64,000 bases of DNA, taken from Rhina ancylostomus (taxonomy: Eukaryota). Location of the stretch: NCBI GenBank assembly GCA_030265395.1, contig JARFYF010000074.1, forward strand, positions 93,278,239-93,342,238, given 5' to 3'. Every line of letters starts with the position of its first letter. The first letter of the stretch is position 1. Position numbers and translations under genes: made by a program. The notes beneath the pieces were generated by a model. The model searched no databases, was not told the origin of the DNA, and worked only from the letters and a program-made list of their open reading frames with translations. Positions 37,401 to 49,400 of the stretch are shown in pieces.

Positions 37401-40400
37401 CACTCCAGAAATGGACTGCTGCATCCCTAATGCCTGAGTTAAGACCTAGCTTACAAGCCATATAAATCTCACTTCATTCAATTTAACTCTAATGCTCGCC
37501 TCTTGTAAAGGGGAGGTGGATGAAAGCTCACATTGAGGAGCAGTTTATCCATTACAATCAGGCTTGTGGCCAACTTGGCCACAGTTACTGTGATAGTACT
37601 GACTAGTCTTGTTGGAAGGAGCACTGTAGATTTCAGGTGATAGACTGGTTCGGGTCAAACGTGCAAGGCAGATGTAATTCTGGACTTCACCCAACTCGCC
37701 CAATAACCCATTCAAGGCAGGAATTAGTTATTGGTCCCTCAATGCTACCAATCTGAAATATTCATCCTGATGTTTAGTGATCCACCCCTCCATACCACTA
37801 ACTTCTTCTGGACCTAGCATCAGCCTAAACTCAGTTCTGTTAACTTACATGTTGTGAATTCCTCCCTCTTCTCTTTTTTTCACTATTGGCAGGCATGTCT
37901 TCTGCTATGTAGGATCTCTGTTCTGGCATTCCCTTCCTAAAGTCACCCGCATCCTTTTCGTCATGCAAGACCCGAATCTTTCTTCAACTAGCTAAGCAAA
38001 GACAAGTCTTATGCCTTTGTAAAGGACCATGGTACTTTCTGTAAATAATGGTGACATAAGTACTTTGGGTCCTTTTTATTCCCTTTGGGGCATTGGTGTA
38101 AAGTAACTGAATACGTCTATTTAAGATGAAGTAGTACAAAATCAACTCTGCAGATACTGCAAATCTGAAATAAAAACATACTTAATGTAAATATTTGTCA
38201 GGTCAGGAAGCACTTGTGGAGTGAGAGATAGAGTTACATTTCACAAGAGATTCTGCAGATGCTGGAATCTGGAGCAACACATACAGACTGCTGGAGGAAC
38301 TCAGCAGGTCAAGCAGCATCCATGGAGGGAAATAAACAGTCAATGTTTCGGGTCAAGACCCTTCATCAGCACTGGAAAGGAAGAGGGCAGAAGCCAGAAT
38401 GAGAAGATGATAGGTGACAGGTGTGTCCAGGTGANNNNNNNNNNNNNNNNNNNNNNNNNNNNNNNNNNNNNNNNNNNNNNNNNNNNNNNNNNNNNNNNNN
38501 NNNNNNNNNNNNNNNNNNNNNNNNNNNNNNNNNNNNNNNNNNNNNNNNNNNNNNNNNNNNNNNNNNNNNNNNNNNNNNNNNNNNNNNNNNNNNNNNNNNN
38601 NNNNNNNNNNNNNNNNNNNNNNNNNNNNNNNNNNNNNNNNNNNNNNNNNNNNNNNNNNNNNNNNNNNNNNNNNNNNNNNNNNNNNNNNNNNNNNNNNNNN
38701 NNNNNNNNNNNNNNNNNNNNNNNNNNNNNNNNNNNNNNNNNNNNNNNNNNNNNNNNNNNNNNNNNNNNNNNNNNNNNNNNNNNNNNNNNNNNNNNNNNNN
38801 NNNNNNNNNNNNNNNNNNNNNNNNNNNNNNNNNNNNNNNNNNNNNNNNNNNNNNNNNNNNNNNNNNNNNNNNNNNNNNNNNNNNNNNNNNNNNNNNNNNN
38901 NNNNNNNNNNNNNNNNNNNNNNNGCGTCAGGTCTCACCAATGTAGAGGAGGCCACACTGAGAGTACCGGATGTAATAAATAACCACTCAGATTCACAGGT
39001 GAAGCGCTGCCTCACCTGGAAGGTTATGATTCAGTTTGATAACCATCCATGAAAGTCTTCATTTTGAAAGGTTAATTATGTTTCTTTCCCCAAAGGTACT
39101 GTCTGACCTGCTAAGTGTTTGCAGGGTTTCCTGCAAAGTATACAAGTAGCCTGATGTGGCAATTACTATTACTGAAATATAATGGCAATAAACAGTGAAA
39201 CCATAACCAATACATGGCATTTCTACTTCTGTACATTAAGATTAAAATACCCTGTGAATACTTCATACTCTCTAGTCCCACCTTTATCACATTTCTGTTG
39301 CTCAGTGGAGCCACTCCTATTCTTCTTCTTTTTCCTTGTCACTGTTGTGTTCTTGCGATCAAACGTTACAGGACTGTATTGTGGAAGGCTGTTGAATTTC
39401 TTTTCAAATTCCTGCTCTAGATTCCCTAAGCTGGAAGGAAAGAAAGAATTCTCAAATCCTGGTTACTATCACAAACCCGGCCATATCATCAAACCTCAGT
39501 AGTTTCTCCCTTAGTGAAGTTCCCCCAAGTGAAAGAGTTCCAGGTAACAATGGAGTTCTGTTGGACTCTTTATCTTACTCAATGCATGATCCATAATGTA
39601 CTTCAATGGTAGTGTGTCCTGTCATACTGACCTTGCTGCTTCGCCATAGCTGTTTAGCTGAGGACAAATCTGAATAGCAAAGAGGGATGCTTTCACCAGT
39701 CTCCCTTTACTAAATTACACACAATATTTATAGTTTACAGATAATAGGTTATTAAAACTATTAATGACAACACGAAAATAATAAGGAAATACATTTAGAG
39801 AAGTTATTGGCAATAATAAAACACTGTAAGAATATTTCTAACCCTAAGCCAAGCTCTGATAGCAAAGTTATGGTAGGCACTATGTGATACAATGTCACTT
39901 TTTGCAAGACCCACTGAAAATCAAATTCCAGCAATGCTCACTTCATAACATTATTACTTACAAATTAGATACAAGCAATTGCTCAGCACAAAAATCCATA
40001 TGCTGAATATGAGTGGATAGCAGGCAGGCTGCCAGGTTAAATCCCTAATGGTAGTGGAGAAGAAAACTGGTTTCTTACCCAAGAGCCAAGTCATCTTTCT
40101 GTTTCAATTTCTTCAACTTTTTGGTTCCACTGCTCCCAACATTTGAAAATGACCAATCTTCCTCCTTCCAACATCCTTCATGATCGGAGGAACCCCCTTT
40201 CCCTGAAGCTTTCTTGCCTGAAAGCATTATAAATATATTTCTGTACCAGTGAAGACATGAAAATTACAACCGCATCCACAATGTTAACTGATAGAAAGCC
40301 ATTCCCATGTTACTCTGGTTCCTTCAAAACCCCAGTGTTTATGTTCCATTATATATTTAGCTTAAATCTCATTGAGGCCAACATCTAAGGCTTTTTTATG

Positions 40401-43400
40401 TAACTGACAGCTGAAGTACAGGGAATATAATGTTATGAATTTGAATATAAATATACCAACCAGTGAATTAGTTTGACATTTCATTAGCAATATAATATAT
40501 TCAATCGGAAACATCAACTACATCTATTCCTTTGCATTTTTGACTTAAGCTTATATAGTTTGGTCCAGGATCTGCAGTGCTCATTCGAACAAAATGCTGG
40601 TGTAATAGCTAACCACATGAAATGCAGTAATTGCCTGTAACTGCAGTTGCCGAGCCAGCATAGACCAAAGCATGATAGACAAAATGCACCTCAATACAAA
40701 TGGATTTTTTGTTTCCCCCACCAGTTACACAAGATGAATATTAAAGCTGGTACATTCAATTCCTGCATGATGATGACAATGTGTTTAAGTAGGCATGTTG
40801 TGTTCTGCCAATTCTCCTAATGACAGGTTACCTAAGGTATCACCAGAGGTGAAGACAGACCTCTTTTGTGCAGTTCTGCAGGAAGGATGTTAAAGCCCTT
40901 GATAGGGTCGAGAGGAAGTTCACAAATATATTGCTAGGCTGAAGAACTGCAGTTACGAGGAAAGGCTGACTAGACAGGATTTTTTATTTGGAACAAAGGA
41001 GACCAATCCCTCAGTATTATGAATACCTAGATACTGTGCTTGTTGTCTAGAGTGGTCCTTGAACCCATAATCTTTAGACTCAGAGATGTTTTATCTATAT
41101 GCCACTTGTAAAGGAGTAAAACATCCCAAACATATTCACAGGGGCATTATCAAGCAAAGGAAGCTGTACAAGATCATTTGGGAACTTTTAAGCAAAAACT
41201 TAGGTAATCTTAAAGTGAGCAACACACAAAGGAGCTGGAGGAACTCAGCGGGACAGGCAGCATCTATGGAGGGAAATAGACAGTCGACGTTTCAGGTTGA
41301 GACCCTTCATCAGGACTGGAAAGAGGGGAGACAGCTGGAGCAAGAGCTGGTGCGTGGTAGGTGGATCCAGGTGAGGGGTGTTTGAATGAGTGTTTTTTTA
41401 TCTTCCAAATGTTGGTTCCAGCCTCCAAAAACTAAATTATTTTGGCAATCTAAATAGTAAAGAATATTTACTAAATTATTTACCAGGACAAATTTGTGCA
41501 TATGGTATGGCATCCAAATAGTTCACAACATAACTATTTTCAATTTGCTCCAATATTTCTTTCCCTTCAAAGCCACAGAGTAATCGTACTGATTCGACAG
41601 TGAGTTCCAATAGGTTATTCAACCGCAGTGGAATCTGATTAAACCCTTATTCAGCATTTGTATACATCAAGGCTGCTGACTAGTGGATAGTTATCACGAA
41701 AGGCAGAGCTGGCAGTATTTTTCTTTGTTCTCCACTTTCTGGTTACTGAAGTTAGATGTAATTCCTCTGTTGAGTGCCCTAGTTGAAACTAAAATTTCCT
41801 TGGGTGATATATTTCAAAGATAATGTCACCACTTCTGAAGCATTAACAGATTCCAGGACAGAGCCTAATACAGCCACAGTACATCAATGTTCCACAGAGC
41901 CCTTATAAACTATTTTTTGCACGGAAACCATTACTATGGAAATCTTTGCAATGCTGCCACCTATGGATAACAAATTTTAATTCTACTGAACTTCCCTGTG
42001 ACCTAAATTAGTCATCAACGATGTGAATGAAAATTTGGGAGTTCTAGTGAATTAAATTCCAGTTTATATAGCTTTTTGAAGAAGCAACATCAGGATCAAA
42101 ATAATTATGAAATTATGTAAGGTTGAACTGAGTGAAAAAGGAAAGTAACAGCTTCTCAATCAGGCTGGGGTGTGAGGCATGGGTTGGAAAGCAGGGATGG
42201 GGATGATTAAACAAGAATTCTAGGCTGAACTGAGAGAATGCAAAGGGAAGAATATGATTCTGGGCAGGATGGATTAGGGAAGGAGAAGTTTGTCTGTGAA
42301 TGGTACAGTGTAAAATCTACATTAGCTCAGGTGAACTGCAACTTTTTGCATTGTGGCTTGGCTTGGCAGGATGCAATTTCTAAATTGGTAAACAAGCACA
42401 ATGATTTAAAGCAGATAANNNNNNNNNNNNNNNNNNNNTGTAATGTTATGTTCCTGATAAATTGTTTGACCCACCTTCCTAATTTTGAGCAATCCTGAAA
42501 TTTCTGATCCATTAAAATCAAATAAGTATAAATCCCAAATTTGCAAAATTGTTAATAAATAAGAATTGATTTCCACAAGGCTAACTATGTCTGTGGGTTG
42601 GATATTGCAGAATGACTGTTGAGGTATAAAAATTCCAGTTTATAAGTGGCACTCACTAAGCTGAACTNNNNNNNNNNNNNNNNNNNNNNNNNGAAAATGC
42701 TTAAGATATTAAGATATTAAAATGATTAACACCTGCTTTTTAGGCATCAATAACGTACCATTTCTGGCTGAAATAGTGCCCCTCATGTCTGTTTGCAATG
42801 CATGCGAGTGCACTTGATGGTTTCTCAGTGTCACATACTCATCTGACATGCCATCGTTCCAGTAACATCCATTTTCAATAACATCAACATGAACTGGAGT
42901 TCAAAGTTACAACCTACAACCATCTGGAACAGTCTCTGTACAATTAGGAGCACAATGTGCTTGTTTGTTATTTTTTGTGGTATTTAAAGGAACACTCTGC
43001 TGACATTGGGAGAACGGAACTGGGCAGCTTCAGAACAGATGCGGGCTGCTCAAACACCTTCCAAAGACCACAGAGTGTATTAGAATAATAGCAAGTGTTT
43101 TATCCAGCATTCAACTGATGAAATACTTATTCAACAGATGCAGTAACAACACTGGCATCACTCCATTACCGGAGGTACCTTTATAGCCATAAATGGCCAT
43201 GCAGATTTGGTTGGAGACCTTGAGGCGGGGGACAAAGAATTGCCATCTGGGAAGCACCTTCTCCCAGAGTCTTCAGAGACACCACATCCTACCTGGGCCT
43301 CTCTGACGAACAATGTATTTGTGGTTTGGGTTTTCCAAGGGCGTGTGAAATATTGCAAAGGAAGATCTTTGCCACATTTGTTTGCACCTCGACTGCTCTC

Positions 43401-46400
43401 TCATGGAGGCCAAGATCATGATGAGCCTCAGCCTCCTGGCCACAGGATCTATACAAGGGTCTATGACAGATCTCTGTAAGTCTCCCAATTTGCTGCTCAA
43501 TGAGCATCAGAGAGGTGCTTTCAACCACTTTGATTTTATTGAGAACCAGATGGCATTCAGTGGACTGGGATTTGCCACCATTACTGGCAGGCAGCCATTG
43601 ACTACATTAAGAATCTTCATCAACAGTTAAAGGTTTACACTCTTTCAATGTTTAGGCAGGATTAAGAANNNNNNNNNNGCTTCATCTCTCAGATAAGCAG
43701 AGACAGCAGACATTATCCATGTGGGATGTGAGAGACACCCTTGTAAAGAGCTGCTTTTTGCAAGCCCATTGCAAAGCAAGTGACCTCTACACTCCAATCA
43801 TTACCACCAACATGGTAATCAGGCAAAGTATTTAGCTGACACATAATAATCCTTCAGATGCTTTACAGATTCACCCTGAACAAACGACTGAAATTGAATC
43901 TCTGATTCAATAACTGAAATGCTTGTCACAACAGTTTTCAGTGGTTTGCAGCTCATCCTGACGTATCTGTGTTGTTCTATTAAAATTCTCATACCTGGAA
44001 GAGAAAACTGGAGTCACCTCCTGCTAGGATCTTCTAATGGCAGCCTTGGCAGACCTCCTGGCCCTCTCTGGTGCACAGGATCTCCAGCCTGTCATGTAAC
44101 TCATTGACTAGGCCTTTCACATCACTGTATCTGGGACCTGGGAGTGTATCTGGGATCTCTGTCTCCCTTCCTTGTGGTACTTCATTCGTCCGCGGCAGCT
44201 ACAGTGTACGTTGCTGCTGTTCCCCAACCATGGGGAATATGTCATTAAGGGCTGACACCCTATTCAGTCTCATAGCAACTTGTCAGAGATTGAATTCAAC
44301 AGTGTGGTCTTGATGCAACCATTTCAGTGCATCTTTCAGGGGGCAAATTACTCTAGTGCTATTTCCAATGTCTTTCCATCAACCTTATGACATTTTGTAG
44401 TGGACTAGAATAAGCACTTAATGCAATGACAGGTTGCTGTATTGAAAGTAGGCATGATCCAGCACATATATTGGTAACCCAGAAAACCTCCACAGTTTTG
44501 TTACTTTAGTTCTTTTAATTCTACATCCTTACACTCTTGAGTTTCAAGAAGCAAAGTCCTGTAAGAGAACAATGGCCATCAAATATACACATACTTTCAT
44601 AGTGTAATGCAAGAACCCTAAAAAAATTACACCAGAAAACTATGGTTTGAAACCTCTTCACTTACCTCTGTCAACATTAGCCCGTAAAGATGTCAACATG
44701 CCTTCTGACACTAAAGTCTTATAAAGGGCACCTTTACACGCTCGTTCAGATTTTCTGGACCCAGAAGCTTCTGTTTTTTTATTGATTTCCTTGTTTTCAC
44801 CTTTCACTTCACTTAGTGCATTATGGGAAAGTAGTTGATCAGTTACAGGAAACGTCTCAGTTTTGATGGGGCTGGTGGTAATCTTCTCAGGATCAGAAAC
44901 CTTTGAGTGTTTGTTGAGATCTGAAACCTTCTCAGCAGGTAATTTTATTGATTTTGGTTTAATTTTTTTCTTTGGTGGGCTGGAGACAGAGTGTAACTGA
45001 TTTTCAGTCGACTTTGCTGAGCATCGTCCACTTTTTACTGGACTTCCTGAAGGCTTTTCAGTGCCCCAGTCACCTTTAGCCACAGCATCTATAGTGTACA
45101 TTAAGCTATCTATGTCAGACTCTGATGATTTCCGTTTCTTTCCGCTTTTTTTAAATGTCTGNNNNNNNNNNAAATGTCTGTTTATCAACTTTGGTAGATT
45201 CAAGTTTAACTTTTTTCTTCTTCTTCTTCTTAATTTTTTCACCTTTGTTAAGACTTGTCATAGAATTGTCAGTTAGCAAAGACAATGGTTTTTCATTAGC
45301 AATCCACTGCCTTGGCTTAGTATCAAAGTCATTCTGTGTACCTATTGCAGAATTAACAGTAGGGACCTCAGGCTTATGTCCATCTTCCAAGATAACTGTA
45401 GAAGACTCAGTCTTCACTCCTTCTGTTACCAACCGGTCTGAACACATCTGAAGCAAATAACACACAATGCAATCAAACAGAATTTTCAGAAGAATATACT
45501 AGAATAAGCAAATCTTTCAATTCCTATTTTAGATAATGGAGGATAGCATGTGATTAAAATTGTCAACTCTGGTTGGCTATATTCTTAGCGTTTTCATCAA
45601 ATTTCCCCCTGTCCTAGCTAATAAAATAGCTTTTATTCAAATTGCTTATTATGAAAACTAATTAAATAAAAATATTCAAAATAGAAAAGATACAAATTTG
45701 AGTGCAAATATGACTTTTATGCCCCCCAGAACCAACCTCGCCACCCCTCCTCCTCTCCTGATTGTTCACTGTCTGATGGATTAATCATTAATTTATGGAG
45801 ACACCATAATCCTGGAAGGTTGGCAAAGCTATTTGTAAACAAACAGCAAAGAGGCTGCCAGTAATTCTAATTAACACCATGGTAACAGCAGTGTATTTTA
45901 TTAACATCACTGGAACTATAAAATTTAAGTTTAAAACAACTTATGGCCAAATGTCAAATGGCATCTTCCTTAACTTGGAGGATATGGGACAGAGCTCTAA
46001 AACTTGTGGTTCACTGTAACAGGAAAAATAATTAATTGCCAGAGTCATTATCAAGTGAAATACCTATTTAATTTCTGAGCTGGAAGAAGAACAGGGTCAT
46101 TATCCTATCATTCAGCTGAGGTTGGACTAAACACATCTCAAGCCCGTGATCACAGATGAGTGAGGTTACAAGCTGTCATCCACAGATGATGAAATCTGGT
46201 GTCTTATTTTACTCTGTGTAATCTTAGTTCTAACACACTTTAAGTCGGCAAGTACCAGGGGAAAAAAGTAATGACTGTTTAAAATACATCAAGTTTACTT
46301 GACTTTGGTAGACGAATTTAATACATTTCAAAGCAATCCAACATACCACTGATTGCAAAGTACTGTGATTTTATTTCAATTTGCTTTTTTACAATCAAGA

Positions 46401-49400
46401 ATGTTTGGCTGTCCTTGTCATAAAGAACACATGCATGTTCTCACTTGATCTATGCAGCTGATAAACCTCAAGGCCAGGAGATTTTTATATTGACAGTTCT
46501 GTTTTATTTTTCTGTAGAACTATTTAACAAGTTGTTTTATTCACTATAAACTCACACACTCATTCCAGCGGCCAGAGCAAACAGCTCCAGCAGTAGCTTG
46601 TAGAAGTACTGGGCCATTAACTGAAGTATTATTCCAATTTCAGATGACATACCTCTGCTAACTGAAACAATGCTGAATTCCCACACTGCTTTGTCGAGTC
46701 AGGAACCCCTGGCTGTGCTGTACTGGAGGAAATCTGCATGAAGAAAGAAATGATTTTCAGATTAACTGTCATATCCTTTATTATAATAATTACATTTCTG
46801 GGGCTGGGAAGAAAGAACTGAGACCAATGTAAATGTATTTTTTGTTATGAGTACTTGAACATTAGTTCTGACTAAATCCATGTGAAATATCGAATATTAT
46901 CAGTAAGAACCCTTCATTAAGGGTAGAGTTATTGTCAGCTACTTTAACAGTGACTTCCCAGTTCTGCATGGAAAATTTGTAAGCAGTCATATGTTCCTAT
47001 TTAACACATGCTATCCAGTTAAAGGTGATTACACAAGACTAATACATTCTCTGTACAATACAAGATGGAAAAAGAGTACCAACACTAAGATATATATGAA
47101 TTATTGGGAAAAAAAGATACCCATCATCTAATATAACTCAAAGGTGCAGAGAGCTACCTCTAACTTAAGATAGTGAAGAATGTCTGACACCAATGTAGAA
47201 AAGTTTTACCTGCAGAAGTAACTGTTTGTACAATAACAGAACATGGCTATTGCAATCTGGCACAAATGGCACAAAGGCCATTCCACATTGCTATCTGCAA
47301 TTCTGCCTAAATCAATGAACTTTGTTTTGGCTAGTAGCATCTAGCTTTGGTGGAAAATATAATATTGCCCATTTTCTGAGGATAATCCGGTTGAAGGGTA
47401 CACCTAGAGTCAAGCACCATTTTTGATTGATCACAAATCCCAAGCATTGGGATATTTAAATTGTCAGTTAAATTTGAAAAAATACATAAAATTAAGTTTT
47501 TTTTTATATATATATCAGAATTTTTGTAACATAAATGTTACTTATGTATTAACATGTTATTATGTAACATAATAAAACATTGATGAGCATTTCTAATATG
47601 TGACAATAGATCTGCTACCTATAGTAAGACAGAAAACACTGAAGGCCTTGTATGTGGTAGAATAGGAAATAAGTAAATGAGAACAGAGAGAGTGTTTCTT
47701 AAAGGGAAAAAATGCTAATCTTTCCCCAGAGAACAGCAATATCCTGTTTTATGCGAAATGATAAATAGTGTGTGATTTCAACAAAATTATTATATTTCAA
47801 TATAATGGATATGCAACAGGAATCAGGAATGCAGATGACCATTGTAAAATATTGTACAATTTACAAGAAATGATGGCAACCAGTTTATTATCAAGATGAT
47901 AATTTGCTCAATGAGTTAACCTGTAATAAAAACTATTCTTCTGTCACCACAAGACAAGCTTTCCTTTCAAGATTACTAACTACTTTACTTATTTTCATTG
48001 TCTTTTAAGTTGTGGGGTATAAAGCAAAACTAACAAAGCAAGGCACATTTAAGTGCAGCAACCTTATTAAACTAGTTCAAGTTCTGAAACCAATTTTTGC
48101 CAAAGTCCATCCTGTCAACTTACCTCCTTGGCTGTTAAGGCATGTTCTCCTGCTAAGAGCAGCATGCTGAGTCCTCCCATTTGAGTGGGATCTATCAGTA
48201 ATGAAATATATGTATGCATTAGTCATTCCTGAAATAATCCCATGACACTATCACAAATAACTACAATTTAGACAATTAACTGTTACCCAATTAACAGCTA
48301 TAATTTCATCTCCATACTGTCACCTGGTAAACAAAAAAATTATTGTTGTATTGTTACAATATACTACCTTGAACAAATATTTTCCTGACTGCTCAGTGGG
48401 TAAATGGACTGAAGGTCTGGATCCTGAACTATATACATTTTCATCCCATCATTCTTTTAAGAAATATATTAATGTTTCAAAAATACAAATAAAAACCTGC
48501 AGTGCAGGCACGGTTTTGTAGTAAAAGAGATGATGCAGATAGATATCTTTATTGGTCACATGTACATCGAAACACATAGTGAAATGCATCTTTTGTGTAG
48601 TGTGTTCTGGGGGCACCCCACAAGTGCCACTCTTCCAAAGCCAATGTAGCATGCCCACAACTTCCTAACCCATATGACTTTGGAATGTGGGAGGAAACCC
48701 ACGCAGTCGTAGGGAGAACGTTCAAACTCCTTACAAACAGCGACGGGAATTGAACCCGGGTTGCTGGCGCTGTAATAGCATTATGCTAACAGCTACACTA
48801 CTGTGCCTGCAAGACTAGTTATATCTCTGCTTTAAGCTAAGTTAAATAATCATTGCCAGAAAAGAATGGGGGGGGGGGGTANNNAAAAGCCACTCCCAAA
48901 GGGGCAGTTATATTGTGGTGGAAATGCTTAGGGTAAATGTGCTCTTTTATGCGCAACAGATGATGGAAACAAGCACAATGTTCCTCAGACAGCTGTTGGG
49001 ACAATGTTCTGTTGAAAATGGGCAAGTCAGCATCATGACTCCCCATTAAGAACCAAAAAGGCCTTAACTGTAATCTGCACATACACGAAACAATCAAAGA
49101 TGTCATCCCCTCACTGTCAGACCCTCCAACAATAGCTGGGGGTGGGGGCGGTTGTCCTTTTGAGTTACACTGGAGTAGATCTTCACTTTCTAATTAAGGT
49201 CTACCCTTGTATTTGAAACTGCATGGTTTCGTGAGCACTTTTGTGTGCTAGAATATTTCAATCACAATAAAAATCACAATATCAGCCATACATTGCATGC
49301 TAATTAATGTCACTGCTGTGTTCCCAACAGCCTCCCTGCATATGCATAGAGAACCACACCACAATCTCCCACTGTGCATGTAAGTGCAGAGCTGTGGATT

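Noticed and set aside
46556-46620. Exon-like 65 nt segment (AG..GTGAGT) on the BBX strand
   Set aside because: Only 32 nt from the real exon, frame-shifting, and no similarity to BBX.
48720-48810. tRNA gene
   Set aside because: The A/B boxes are the head of a V-SINE and continue directly into the SINE body.
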